A stretch of DNA of 64,000 nt from Camelus dromedarius (lineage: Eukaryota). Of this stretch, positions 28,116 through 41,880 are shown piece by piece. Numbering within the stretch: the first letter of the stretch is position 1; every line of letters begins with the position of its first letter. The position numbers were made by a program, and so were the translations under genes. The stretch covers positions 99,636,001 through 99,700,000 of the forward strand of contig NC_087472.1 of the NCBI RefSeq assembly GCF_036321535.1, read 5' to 3'. Under the pieces are notes generated by a model. That model worked only from the letters and a program-made list of their open reading frames with translations, did no database searches and was not told the origin of the DNA.

Positions 28116-28335
28116 TATTTCTTGATTCTCTATTTTTGAAGAATTTTAAAAATACAATGGATATTACTATAAATTGCTACAATTTTAAAAGCTACCCAAA
28201 TGGGACTCATGTTACTCTATACTTACAATTTTCTAGCTTTTTTCATACTGCTTTATATTGATGGTCCACAAACCAAAATGGATTCAATGTAGAGGAGGTT
28301 TTTCTACTTGTGGCATGCAGGGCAGCTTACTAGAG

Positions 28336-28572
28336 CACAGTTTCTCAAACTCTGCTGACACTACTGACTTTTGGGGCTGAGTAATTCTTCGGTGTGTATA
28401 TTGGGGTGGGGTGGGGCCGTCCGGGGCACTGTAGGATGTTCAGCAGCATCGCTGGCTTCTACCCACTGGATGCCCGTAGCACCCTCCCCTCCCATTGTGA
28501 CAACGCAGAATGTCTCTGGACATCACCAAGTGTTCCCTGGAGGACACAGTTGCCCCTGGTGGAGAACCACTG
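28336..28572. mobile_element. MER20 (hAT-Charlie)
   Basis: tttctcaaact...cactgtaggatgttcagcagcatc...ctacccactggatgcc...gagaaccactg. Confidence 0.9.
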
Positions 28573-30879
28573 TGTTAGGGTCTAAGGGTTGTGTAGCATG
28601 CTGTTTTTAAAGGCAGTGGTCGTGTCCACACTGATTTGGGGTCAGCTGTTGTAGAAATGTGTGTAGTGACCTTTAAGTGCGACAATTTGACTAATGTAAA
28701 ATGTGAGTCCAAACCTGGTGTGCAAGAAGGAAGGAAACTGTGACAGCCACAATAGTCAAGTCGGCCACACTCAGACACAACTGTAGTGCACAAAAGGGCA
28801 TTTGCCATGTGTTTCCCAGAAACAGATAATCAAGATTCATGTTTTACCTTTTCTCTTGTCAGTATCACCACCTGTACTCTTACTGTTTTCATAATAAACT
28901 TTTCAACCAGCAGCAATAAGTAGAATTTTAAGATTCCTGTGCCTTTTGTTTTTCCAAAGAGGTATTTAGTGGGAATGAAGTGCAGTAAATTTAATTAGCC
29001 AGCTGGAAATGTCTGCAAGGCTGTTTAGGAAGGCATGCCTGACTGCCCTGAACGACAGAGTGGGGGCACACTTTGCTCTGCTCTCTCAGTTTGAAAAAGA
29101 ATCTCTTTGAGCCAGGAAGCTGTTTCTGCCTCAAGGCCTCAAAATGCCCTTGAAGATCGTCCTTGTTGAAGGATGCCAGATGCAGGGCTGGTAGATTGGG
29201 ATGGGACATGCTTTTGTGGGAGAAAAGGAACAGAAGGTTATTTTAAATTTCAAAATTCTTTATGTGTCTTCAAATTGTTTGTAATACAAAGAGTGATTTT
29301 TTTCCCTAATCTCTTTATTTCTCCCTTTGTATTTGATTTTAAAACTGAGGAATCTTTTCGGAACTGCAGGCCCGAGCACTGCACTGATGACTTGAGTTCG
29401 ATTCTGGTAGCCCTATCAGTGCTCCTCGATGCGCTGGCGTAACTGAGGGACCATCTCTGATGTGGGGCTGAGCCGCCAAGAGCTGAAACGGGGAATAGAG
29501 GGGTCTGGAGCGGGGTGGGGGGGGTCACTTTGGATAGTTGAATTGCTCAGCAGTTGTTGAAGTTCAGGTCTGGAGCCCAGTGAGATGACTGAGGAAAAGT
29601 GGGCAGCCTGGACACAAGGGCTCCTGCCAACTCTGTAACAGTGAGGGTGGAGAGACCCCCCCTTCCCCCGGGAGCATGTCAGTGTGTCGAAACACTCAGG
29701 AAACAAGGTCAGAATGAGGGGCTTGGGACAAGGGGGTTTCTGGCCTGCCTCGCTCATGCTCAGGACGCAGCTCTTCCCACCACAGGGACTCGGGAATCTG
29801 ATGGGCACCTGGGCCAGGAGTGGCCTGAAGATCGATCAGAAGGGTCTCCAGTGACCCTTTGGGATCCTTTACATATCTTTGCTTTCGTGGTGATTAAGCA
29901 TACACAGCAACCTGAAGAGAACATCAAGTGGCAGTACCAACAGTGGGAACACCACAGGTTAATTCTTCTTTACCAGCTTTTACCTGCTGGATTCTGTCCA
30001 CAGTTTCAAAGGGAGATTTTTAAGTTTCTTGTACTTTGTTGCTGGAAAAAGCAAGTAAGAAGTGTCGTCTTTTTCCCCCTGTGTCTGGCCCTCTCTCCAG
30101 ATGTCCAGGGCCTTTCTGAGTCCTCACTGTAAACAGCCACTTCCCCTGGTGTGCAAAAGCCCAGAACCTACCTCTGCCCCACCACTGGAGGGCAGTCCTG
30201 GGCAGACTTACAAATAGTGCCTGACATTTACTGAGCCACGACTGCACAGCAGGCAGTGTTCTGAGCAGAATGCGCATGTGCACCCACAGTCTCTGTCTTT
30301 CTTTCTCTCATCCCCCCTGCCCTCCTCCTCCACCCCTCCCTCAATGCTCCAAGATATCTGTGGGAGCAGAACCTATGCCCCTCTGATTCCGGAGCACTCA
30401 CTCCCAGGCACTGAACTCAGCTGCCTTCTCTGTATTTGCTGGGGGACAGGAGGGCTTTTCAAGGGCTATTCTGTCCGCAGATTGGAGCCTTACCCCTAGG
30501 TTGGAGCAGGTCAGCCTTCAGATGCTCATGCCAAAGCCCCCTGTGTCAGTGTGTCAGAGTGTCTCCATCTCTAAAGGACCCTGAGGCCAAGTTCGGAGGC
30601 CTGGCCCTGCGAGCCCTATCCATGGTAGAAACCTCTACGCTTGCTCTGCTCTCCGTGCTTGCTCCCTTTTCTGGTGCCAGTTCCCACTTCCCTGGTTTTT
30701 TTGTCATCACACTTGGCGGGATGGGTAGAGTCCACATTCCTGTAGCTGCAAACAATTCTGTGATGATAGGGGCCGGGGACACAGAGTGGAGGGGCATGGA
30801 GGTGGGAGAGAGAAGGTCAGGGGAGGTGCCTCAACGTGGAGCCACCCAGCTACCGTGGCAAGCCCCTGTGTTTGGCTGG

Positions 30880-31350
30880 TGAGGAGGGGGGCAGAACACT
30901 CCACGCAGATTATGACTCTTTGGCGTAGGATTATTTTGAGAAACTACAGACACCAGAGGAGCTCTGGGAACTGTAAAAGTTACCATTTTGTAAGGGAAAT
31001 CTGCATTTATAAAGGAAATTGGCGTTAGAAACAAGGCCTGTGCTAGGAAGACAGCTTTTACCACAGATAACTTTTAAACCAGAGAGAGGGAGAGAGAGAC
31101 TGACTTACCTGTATCGCAGGGCAACCTTTGTTTACCAAACAGGTCCTCGTCTCACCTTCCGGAATTGTACTCCCCCCCCATCTTTCTTTTGCCTTTAGCT
31201 GAAGATTGTATTCAGGGTAGTGATTTGGACCATCTTGGAGAGTTTTATTGTTTTCCTGGGAATCTCCTATGTATACATGAGGTATATATTTAATGAACTT
31301 CCGCGTTATATGGTGTCCCAGCCAAGAACTCAGAAGGGTAGAGGGAAAGC
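30880..31350 (+). mobile_element. MER34-like ERV1 solo LTR
   Basis: tatgactctttggcgtaggattattttgag...cccagccaagaactcagaagggtagagggaaa. Confidence 0.7.
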
Positions 31351-32929
31351 TATGTAGATTTCATTTAACATGTTGTGAGTAGAGTATGCTGTGCATATTG
31401 GGTCCTTTTGAAATGATACATACGTGTATTAAATTTAAGGTAGAAATACAGGAATACAAGTAGCTCCTGCCTCTCAGATGAGGAGCCAGGGTGGGAGGGA
31501 AGTTTGTGCATCATGGTACTCAGTAGATCATTAATCGAGTTGAGTTTTTCTAGACGTTCATTGGCTTCTTTTAACTCCCTTTGACTTCGTTCACCTCGCC
31601 TTCTAAGTGGATTACCAGCTCGGCAGAGCAAGTCTTAGAATGGAAACTGGGACCTCTTAGGAAGTTGTGGGGGCTTTCCTGGGGGAATTTTATGGGCTTC
31701 TTGGGAAGACTGAAGGGTGGAGCTTAAGATTCCATGGCCCGGGGCTTGGGCCCAGTGAGTGGCTGCCACAACTTGTTTGGTCTGTGTTCTCATATATCAT
31801 CAGGGAAGGGAGCCACCTGGGACTACTCCTGCTGCCACGTGTTCTCACAAGGCCCCCTCCCTGCCACCATAACCCTGGGAAGTAGGTAGTCAGGTTCCTG
31901 CTGTACAGAAGAGGAGCCCGAGGCTTTGCGATGTGGAGGGACTTACACAAGCTCCTTTGCCTAGGGTACTGTTGGACGGGCCACGCGGCTGGGGCCTCGA
32001 AGCAGCCCTCACGACTGAGCTTTACATATGAATGCGGAAGTGATCCAAACGGAGACAGCTTTACTGGTGGCTCTAGAAAGAGCCAGGCCTTATGGACAGT
32101 GATAGCTGGGATCTGGTGTGAGGTGGAGACAGTTAAAGGCCTGAGAAAGGCAGGTTAACAGGGACCCTAGAAGAGAACGGTTGTCAAGGCAGGGCCCAGA
32201 ACCAAGGAGCTGGCTTGTTAGACCTCCGTCTCTCCGGAATCATGAGGTGCTCTTTAAGAGGCCTGCAGTTCGAGCCAATCCCTGGGCTTTTGCAGGTGAC
32301 TTCAGTTCCTGAGCTGGCCACACTGAGGCATCCCTCCTGTTTCCCATGCTGCCATGCAAGTCCGAGTCCCCTTACTGCCTCACAGAGTGACAGTGGGGAT
32401 GTGGTTGCCTGGGAGATCCAGGGGGGGTTCTTTGCAGCCTTGGGCACTAATGATATATGACAAGTCGGCGAGCGCTGACTTGCCTTCTCTGTTGTTGCAG
32501 TTGTGGTAGCATTAAAAGTAGGTAGCATACACTAAAATGCACACATTTAAGTGTACCATCTGGTGAGTGTTAACAGATGCATACATTGTCTCGGCCCAGC
32601 CCCCTCACCCCATTAGCACAGTAGTCTTCTAATGATCAGGGGCCCAGCCTGCCAGGGCCCTGGGCAGGAGCAGGAGTTCCTGAGATGCCTGATGGGTCCC
32701 CTGTTGGAGACCCACGGCAAGCTGAAGACATTGCTGGTTTGAAAGCAGGATTTAAAGATCAGGGGAATCAGGAGCTAGTCCCAGACTGTCGTAGTAGCTG
32801 TGCTGGTGGGTGGGGGCTGGTGATAATGATGCTGATGAACACACTACTTTCTGAGAGCTCAACATGCCTGAAGCATGTATATTGACGTTCTCATTAAGGG
32901 TCATATCTAACCTAATAATGACAATGATG

Positions 32930-33450
32930 ATAATACCATTAGCTAATACTTCTTAGGCATGTAATATGTGCTAAGAGCTTTACATGTATTCTCCTTTAAG
33001 CTTCATGTTAGTCTATGACACAGGTACTACTATTATCTCTATTTAACATATGAGAAAACTGAGGCTTAGACGCTTCCCTAGTGGCCACACTATTGAGTGC
33101 CTGCTTAGCAGGGATTTGACAGAATCCAGGCAGAGCCCATTTTCTTACCAGGCTTCTTTCTTTATCCCAGTAAGAACAGCTCCCAGTTTCTGAATACCTA
33201 GCTCGCTCAGTCAGTGCTCTTTCCTTCAGGTGGCCTTCCCTCTCAGTATTGAGTTGATGCCCATCAGAGAGCCAGCCAGACTGGCCTCATATCTAAGCTT
33301 TGCTGCTCAGTAGCTGTGACTTTGGACAGATTTCTTAACTTCTCTGAGTCTCAGTTTTTTCATGTGCAAAATGGGGGTACATCCCACTTCCTAGGATTGT
33401 TGTGGATATTAAGTAACATTTGGAAAGCATAATGCCAGGCAGGAGATAGG
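32930..33450. mobile_element. Two MIR fragments in opposite orientations
   Basis: atgagaaaactgaggcttaga (32930-33130); ctctgagtctcagtttttcatgtgcaaaatgggg-like core (33280-33450). Confidence 0.75.
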
Positions 33451-34716
33451 TGCTTAGTAAATGGTACCTTTAGAAAAAGGCAGGCTAACCCATGAATATG
33501 TGTACAGTTCCCCAAACCAAGTACAGTTGAATTTTATAACTTGGCATGTTTTCATTTGGTTCCGGGAGCTTATTTGAGTTGCTAGGGCAAGAATTCCTGG
33601 AATGGCTGGTTCCATGGGTATGAGTATAATTAGGCAATTTACTGTTGAAATGGTGATGAACAGCATCATCATATACCGCCTTCCCTCAGTACTGAGTTGC
33701 TGTTCATAGGAAAGGCTCACCCTGGTCAACCTGGCAGCATTGCATGCCCTCTCTCTGATCACCCATATTAGAAAAGGTAGCTGATTGGTTTCCAGGCATG
33801 TGTGCAGAAGACTTCAGTACTGAAAGAGGAAGAGGAAGAAATAGGAACAGGCAGGCTAGAGTGGCCAACACGGACTAGCTCGATTCATCGTGCACCCACT
33901 GTGTGCACCATTAAGCGGCACCTGTGATCTTTCATTTCATCGTCGCTGTGAGATAGGCACTGGTGTTTTCTCCATATTATAGAAGAGGAGACTTGGAGCA
34001 GCCGCTACAGGACTTCACTGTTGGGCCTTCCTTTTTCCAGTAACCCTATGCAGAGAATTTTGTGGTAGATTGGTGTTGATTGGTGATGACTATGTGCCAG
34101 GTTCCACGGCGAAGACGACGAGATCCATTCTCATTATTGTTTGACCTTGATGTCAGAGTGCCAGGCTCTTCGTGATTGTTTGGACTTCACCTAATTCTGC
34201 ACTTTGAAAAACAAAAAAACTTGTTATTATCTTAGCCCTGCAGTTGTGATTTAAGAAAAATCTTTCAGGGATCATTTTAGTCATTTAGTAATACTCTTAT
34301 TGCATCTGCATTTTTCTGGAAAATGTAATCCAGTTAGCTGTTTTAAGGGAAACCACTAGGAATTTAGTGAGTGTATTTTACAAAAACATACTAACAGCAT
34401 AGATCTGTGTATATTCTTATGTAGCTCCCTGTTTCTCCACTTCTTTCTTTTCAAGGACTTTTTGGTACCTTTGTATGTTTTTTTTAAAGCTATCTTGATT
34501 CCTGGGCATCTACACCTTCATCATAGTAGTCAGTGGCTGTTGAACATAACTGCTAGTTCCAGGCCTGCCTCTTTCAAAAGTATAAATTATGAAATCATCC
34601 TTGAAAGAGGCATGTTGGAAGTAATGAATTCGGTGCTAATACTGACTTTTTCTCCCCATCGAAAAGAGAATTGAAGCCAGTTCAGAAGATTGTAACAGGT
34701 GAGAAATGCATTAGAT

Positions 34717-34906
34717 CAGCGCTTCTCAAAGTGTGGTCTCCAGACCAGCAGCATCGGCAGCACTTGGGAACTTGTTAGAAATGCAGATTCTCAGGCCCCA
34801 CCCAGACCTTCTGAATCAGAAGCTTTGTGGCTGGGACCCAGCAGCCTGTTTTTAACAAGTCCTCCAGGGGATTCTTCTGATGCGTGCTAAAGTTTGAGAA
34901 TCACTG
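34717..34906. mobile_element. MER5A
   Basis: ttctcaaagtgtggtctccagaccagcagcatc...gttagaaatgcagattctcaggccccaccc...aagtttgagaatcactg. Confidence 0.92.
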
Positions 34907-36688
34907 AATTAGTGCTCCCTACCCTCTCCCCCACCAGAAACTCTCAGGTGAGCTACTGGGAGAAATGACATCTTCCCAAGACACAAATTGCAGTTGAAGC
35001 CACTTAGTTCTGCTCTTATCAGAGACAGAAAATGGAATAAATGGCCACTGAAGGGTCTTTGTAAACCCTGCGGTTACCTTGGGGTTAGTTCCTGCCTAGG
35101 TATTTGTTTCTAAAATATTTCAAGTAAATACCGGAACTCCATGTAGTAGCCAAAGAAATAGAATCCAGTAGTCAAAAAAGATTAAAACCAGTTCAGATCT
35201 TTACTGGAGATTAGAGAAGTGTCAAAGGATTGAATTCTAACCTGCAGCTCTTTGTTTCTCCGGTGCACATGTGCATACACACCCTCATACACACACACCC
35301 TTCCAAGAGTATCTCAAAACCCTTCCCATGCTCCCCTCCCAGGCGGAGTTCTCAGAGGCAGCCCTTCAGTGGTTCCGGACTCTCTGTTCCCCATCTCTCA
35401 CTTCCTTCTCCCTTTCGCCCCCCTCATGCAGCTTTTGCTTCCCTTTCCAATGTTGATTAATCAAACCCGATTCACCTCTTGCTGTCTGGAAACCCTTTCT
35501 ACATTCTCCATCTATATAACAAAAGCCCAAGAGCTGATCCACCATATTGGATGGACAGATTGGAAGAAGCCAAGGGGATAAAGACAGTTCTCTTCCTGGT
35601 GGAGGAAAGCGAGCAGACCCATCTCTCTGTCTTGAAGTAAGTAGAGGGTAGAGGGTTAGATTGGGCCCCTGAGAGCTCTTCCACCCGAAATTCCATGATT
35701 TGGGATTTTGAAAATGCCAGTCATGCATTTAACTTACTTTTCATGGCTTTTTGAGTATTCTGTACTGGTATGATTAAGCCCGTATTTTAACAGTGTTGTG
35801 TTGATTTATTAATATTCTCAGAGTGCCTTTAATGGATATGAATTTCATTTTGGAGAAAAGTCAGGTTGCCAGACAAAAATGTTCTTTACCTGTTAGTGCT
35901 GTGAGTTTTCATCACAGTCCAGGGAATTTCAGCAGTCTTCTGAGGTATGGATGGATGCTGACCAGACCTACTGGGAATTGAGATTTAGCTCCACAATGAA
36001 AGAAATTTAAATGGAAAGTTTAGTGACCCTGTGGGATTGTAGTTGATTTTGAGATTTTAATTGAAAAATATGAAGCAGGAATATGTGATGCCACCTAAAA
36101 AAAACAATATACCCTTATGCAAAGATGAAGAAGGTTCTAGATTCTGTCAATTGATTTTCAGTTCCCACTGGTTGGATTGAAGTTCAAGGAGATTTCAGGC
36201 TTTACCTGTAGTTTTCTAACGTGTTTTGCATGTACCGTTACTCCTTCCTGGAACTTCCGCCTTCCTGCCCTTCGTTGATCTGAATGTGATCCTGCCTCCC
36301 CTCTCTCTGAAGAGCAGCAAAGTCTAGGCGAGATCATAGTGGGTTAGGATCAGAGAGAGGATGAGAATCCTCCCACTTAACGTGACATTGGGTGGGTCAC
36401 TTGACTCTTTTGAGTCTCCATTTCTTTAATCTTGAAATAGAACCTCCCCCCCTAAAAATAATGGCCACAGGCATTTAATTTAATGAGCATTTCTTACAAT
36501 GGAAAGTCCTTCATCGTCTCATGTAATCACAATGACTGTTTATCACGTTTATCATTTATTGGCAAGTTTTCTTCACCCCCTCCCCTTTTTTTAAACATAC
36601 AGTAGCAGACTTGCCAATATTCATTCTTACTTCCCAGTTTTACAAAATGTAACAAAACTCTTAAGATTGTGTGGCACAGTTTACAGAG

Positions 36689-36710
36689 ATATATATATAT
36701 ATATATATAT
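36689..36710. repeat. (AT)11 microsatellite
   Basis: Read directly from the sequence. Confidence 0.95.
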
Positions 36711-36899
36711 GATTTTTACATACTCAAATGACCCACATATATTTACATTGTATTAAAAATGCTTCCTTAGAACCAGATAAATCATCTGAATATTTGAGAG
36801 GAAAAAGTAAAATCAGTAACCAGGGAGACTTGGAAAAAGGCCACAGATGAGATTAACTGGGCTATGGGTTTTAAACCGTATTGCAGAACACTACCTAAA

Positions 36900-37265
36900 G
36901 TTGTTTTATTTTTCCTTTTTGCAAAATTTTTATTGCAGGATAATTCACATGATGTAACGTAACAGTCACCATTTTGAAGTGTAAACTTCAGTGAGTTGGG
37001 TTTTAGTACATTCACAGTGTCGTGTAACCATCGCCACTGTTTAATACCGGAACATTTTGGTCACCCCCCAGAAGGAACCCTGCCTGCGCCCACTAGCAGC
37101 CCTACTCAACCCCCCATCGTCCTATTCATCCCTTCTTTATGACTGAATAATATAATGCAGCATATGAACGGACCATATCTTACTTATCCAGTCAATAGCT
37201 GGTGGGCATTTATGTGGTTTTCACTATGTGGCTAGGATGACTGATGCTGCTGTGAACATTCGGAT
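36900..37265 (-). mobile_element. L1M 3' fragments
   Basis: tttagtacattcacagtgtcgtgtaaccatc; ctttatgactgaataatat...gctgctgtgaacatt. Confidence 0.75.
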
Positions 37266-37284
37266 ACTGCCTCCCACCATTGTT

Positions 37285-37800
37285 ACCCAGACTGACACTT
37301 TATTGAGGGGTGTGCTCCCACCCAGCTAAGAGTGAGGGAAAGGGGTGTGAGCTTTGGCAGGAAGGAGAGAGGAGATAAAAGGTGCTGCATCATCAGGCTG
37401 ACCGTGGCTTTGCAACCAGACACAGCTGGGTGTTTGGACCCACGGGCCATGTCCAGAGAGGGTGTGGAGCCCTGTGACTCGGAGCATTTCACTGGTAGAA
37501 AGAAGGGCAGACAATTCATCCATTGTCGCCTTCCTGCCTCAGTCACAGTGCATGCCACCAGGCCTTAACCCCTTTGTCCTGTGACTCGGGTTTCCTGGCC
37601 TCTGAGGTGGCCTCTGCAAGTCTGGCCTGCTCACCATCAAGGTGCTAGGGTTGCTCCTTGTTGCCCAGTGGGTACATGTCAGGTCCCCTCTGTCACGGGC
37701 AGTGGCGGAGCCACTCCCAGGACATGGTGACTGAGGGACACACACAAGCCATCACTAGAACAGCTCTGGCCCAGAAGCATAGCAAGTGGTGGAGGGCCAG
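37285..37800 (-). mobile_element. Old ERVL LTR (LTR33/LTR16-like), degenerate
   Basis: ttattgaggggtgtgctc...caattcatccattgtcgccttcctgcctc; weak recognition only. Confidence 0.45.
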
Positions 37801-39085
37801 GGTCGGTGAACAGGTGGGACTGACTGAGCGTCATCTGGGTCCCGCAGGCTGGGAGGTCGGCAAGTGCTGCTTGTTTGCTGGTGGTTGATCCGTGGACTGG
37901 TTTTCTGGCTACATCGCCGTGTAACTCAGTGGTCTCTCATGCCGCCTTCTCTCTCCGGGATCTCTGTGTCACCTGTGCTTGGCCGGGTGGTTCTCACATG
38001 AGATCTCTCCCGAGAGGCAGTTGGAAGGCTACAGTGCAGTCCCAGGCTGGCAGTGGGCGCTGGTGTTGGCTCAAACTCTGCTGCCCTGATTGATGGGAGC
38101 TGTTCCCCAAGACCGGGTGTGTGACTTGGCCTTCACACAGCGTGCTGATGCGAGCCGAGGGGCAAGTGCCCAAAGCTATTGTCCCGTATCCCTTTGAAGT
38201 GTGGGAAACTGAGGCTCTACAGTGTAAATGAGTGGGTCAGGTCAGACAGAGGCCACAGGAGTGATTGTCCTTGACCTGATGCTGTCATGGTGTTGTGGGA
38301 AATAAGGAAATGTCTGTCTTAACACACACTCCAGGCACAGGAGGTGCTTGTGACCTGCACATTTATTGAATACTTAATGTGTACAGAATACTGGTCTAGG
38401 CCCTTTGAGGGCTACGAGAAGAAATGGGACATGGACCCCACCCTTGAGAAGCTAATACCCTGATAATTGGACTGGAAGGGAGGGCCGTGAGAAAGGGCTT
38501 ACGGAGGGTGGATCCTCCTGTGCTTGAGGGCCATGGACACAAGAGGGAAAGACCCCAGAGCAATGATGGAATTTAGAGGAAAGATTCATTTCAACCTGTG
38601 GGGGAGGGGGAGGGGAGCCACAGGGAAAGCTGCCTTCCTTTCTTTACTTTTGAATTCTCTGCACAGATCCAGTAGGATAATGGCTACAAAGATGCTTTAA
38701 AATGCTGCTTATTTTTATAGACACTTGTGATACAAGGATGAATAAATGCTGTGCAGATGGGGGGGGGGTTCCATCAATGGGACATAATATTCAGGGCTGC
38801 TCATTCTGCAAACATTTGAATCCCGTGTGCAAAGTGCTGGGGGATTCACAGATAAGACAAAAGCCTAGAGGGCAAGGGGCAGACGAGCAGGCGCAGACAG
38901 CAGCCTGTGGGGCAGTCACCACTGTGGCAAACCCCGTGTGTGTGTTGGGGGGCGCGCAGGCAGGTGGCCAATCATTCCTTTTGCATTTGGGGCCCACGCT
39001 GTGAGCCCCACGGTTGGCTGGGCTCTGGACATCCAGAGAGGAGCCACAGGCAGGGCCTTGCCCTGTAGAATCAGCAGAGTCTAGA

Positions 39086-39438
39086 GCAACAGTTTTCCAG
39101 GTGTGGGCCCTGGACCAACAGCATCAGCCTCATCTGGGAGCTCGTTAGAAAGGCAGATTCCCTGGCTCGCCCCAGGCCCTCTCCATGAAAAACTCTGGGG
39201 GTGCCGTCCCGCAGTCTGGGTTCACCCGCCCTCCAGGTGCCCCCGCAGAGGGAGCAGCGGGCTAGGACAGTTCACAGTCCTGCTGCGGCACCTGAGAATC
39301 ACATGGGAGCTTTTACAGCGCCGACACCCTGACGACACCTGACACGGCTAGGTCAGGCTCTGGGAGGGAGACACAGGCACCTATAACTTTCAGAGCCCCT
39401 CAGGTGATTTTGTTGTGTAGCCACAGTTGAGAACCAGT
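39086..39438. mobile_element. Two adjacent MER5-family pieces
   Basis: ggaccaacagcatcagcctcatctgggagctcgttagaaaggcagattc; ccctcaggtgattt...gttgagaaccagtg. Confidence 0.75.
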
Positions 39439-40179
39439 GGGCTCCGTGCTCGGATAGATCATCCCAGTGCGCACCTTCACGGAGGTGTGAGTGCATCCCT
39501 GCCGGCCTGTCCCCAGAGGGGAGGGCACCCCGGAGGAGGGGGCTGGCTGGCGCTGGACTTCTGTCTGATGAGCTCTTCACTCCCGATTCCATTTCTTTTC
39601 TCAGGATATTGCAGTTGCATGGCTGTGAGTTATTTGGGAAGGTTCCTTTAAAATTCATTTAATACAATCAATTTTTAAAAGTCAAACAGCTGGCTTCCCC
39701 TAAAAACTTTGTATTTCGATAATGGTTATTACAGTACCATGAATAATTGACTAATATCAGCTCATTAATATTCTAGTGGGAAAGTGCCTCAGGCTAATAA
39801 AATTCATTTTAAAATTAGTCTTTAAAAATGTGTTGCTACAGCCCAGGGATAATGGGAAGTGACTCCAAGCAAGAGCAAATCAGTGAAGTATGAAATTTTC
39901 TGCTGTTCTGTTAACATAAAGTAGTTGTTTGGCTGCTCAGTCCCTGTTTCATTCTCATTTCCTGTAGGGGTGAATTGCCCAGGAAAAGGCCTCTGTCTCA
40001 GGGGTGCACGCTATGTGTGTGCCGTTGTCCTGGGAAGCGTTGCATTGAGAATGGGGCAGGGGTGGCTTTGAAATGGGTGCCCTTGGTCCTTCTGCTGGGT
40101 GGGACACCTCCAGGAAGGTGTCTCCTGCTCCCTCTTTGTCTTTGGGGCCCTCCCAGGGCTTCACACTTGGGTCAGATTT

Positions 40180-40450
40180 TTTTTTAAAGTAAACTTTCTA
40201 TTTTGAGGTCATTGCAGACTTACATTGCAGTTACGAGCAATACTACAGAAACATCCCGTGTACTTTTTACCCCAGTGGCACTACCTCGCTGCACTGTAGT
40301 ACCCTCTCACGGCTAGGCTTCCTGACACTTGTCCAGGCATCACTGCGAGGACCCTTCATGGTGCCCTTTTATAGCCACCACTTCACTTCTGCCCTTCTTC
40401 CCTAACCCTTGGCAAGCACCAATCTGTACTCCATCCATTCTCATGGCATT
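40180..40450 (-). mobile_element. L1MC-like 3' end fragment
   Basis: Poly-T followed by gcagttacgagcaatactacagaaacatcccgtgtac...aacccttggcaagcaccaatctgt. Confidence 0.7.
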
Positions 40451-41109
40451 CAAGGATAAAATGGGTCTCTGATTTAATAAAAAACAGATGATAAGTGTAC
40501 ACATCTAATATAAGGTACAAGGAATAAATGACGATTGGGTAGGAAAACTAAACACTAGGATTTCGAGCCATACAGAAAGAAGGCTTCCTTGTGGAACTGA
40601 ATTCAGCGTTAAGTCTTAAGTGTAGTGTCTTTAGAGGAGGTCTCCTGGTATCGTTAGTGTTTGTGTGTTGCGGTCACGTGCCCTGGGTCGGTTAATCATA
40701 GACTACCTCGATTGCCCTGTGTTGCTGCAGTGCTAGTAGCCGGTCAGGTCCGTGGCCCCTAGCCAGTAGGGGCTGTCTGGTTTGTGCTCCTACCCTTCTT
40801 CCTTTGGGACAAACCCAGGGCCTCTTGGCAGGGGTCCCCAGAGGGTCCTCAAGAACCACAAGGTGCATGTTGGACATGTGGGCTAATTATTTGGCTTCTC
40901 TTCAAATGGATGTTCTGGAACTGTTTGTTTGACAGTTCTTTTAATCACAAGAGGCCAATGCTGTGTGGAGGGATGAGGTGTTACCCCAGCCTTACTCATC
41001 CAGCAAAACTCAACCCTCATTAGACTCAGATCTTCCTTATCCACATGCATCCCAGAGCAGCTAAGCATGAGGGGAGAGGATCACAGGAGTGAGCTGCCAG
41101 GCTCCTCGT

Positions 41110-41255
41110 TCAGTGCTGTCCAGTACAGTAGCCACCAGCCTCACGTGGCTAGTGAGTGCCTGAAATGGGCCCAGTGTGATGAAGGAACTGAATTTTTAAT
41201 TGCATTTAATTTTGATTATCTTAGATTTAAACAGAGACTTGTGGCTCCCATATGA
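41110..41255. mobile_element. MER3/MER33-like fragment
   Basis: cagtgctgtccagtacagtagccaccagcc...gaactgaatttttaatt. Confidence 0.7.
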
Positions 41256-41669
41256 CAGCATAGAGGCTCGAATTCACCCACGTTGGGCTGTTTGACTCAC
41301 TCCCCCGCCCACTCAGTGGGGCCAAAGCATAATTGCTTGTAACAGTTGCCCCCAGAGTCGTCTGGCTGTCCCCTTCCCCACCCAGCACCCAAACATTTCC
41401 AAACCATCAGTTTGAAGAGGAAGCCAATAATTAGCACTTCTGTGCCCAGCTGGCCAGTGCTTGGCTCAGAGTAGTGCTTACTTGGTGCTCCTCTCATTAG
41501 TTGGACTTGGCACTTCTCTCCAAATTTGCATGCTCATTCCTGGGACAAGGATGGGATTTGTTCCCCGTGCACAGTACTGGGTCTCAGAAAGCCAAACAGC
41601 TTTTGTTCATGGGCACTAAGATCAGGCTGTTTCCTCCTATGCCTGAGAGCCACGTAGAAAGCAGTAATT

Positions 41670-41880
41670 AAGAATGTGGGCCTGGTATCAGGTTCTTATG
41701 TTGGAATCTGGCTTTTCTACTTCCTGACAGTAACCTTGGACAAGTTCATTAACCTCTCTGTGCCTCCCTTTCTGTACCTATAAGATGAGGATCGTAATAG
41801 TACCGCCGTCATCATGGGGTGATTGGGCCGAGTAAATTCAAGCACGGCACTTTGTTTGTAGTATCTGCTCACTCGATTGC
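41670..41880 (+). mobile_element. MIR SINE
   Basis: aaccttggacaagttcattaacctctctgtgcctc...tataagatgaggat. Confidence 0.8.

Noticed and set aside
29599..30132. 177-aa ORF
   Set aside because: No recognisable homology, GTG start, no supporting exon structure.
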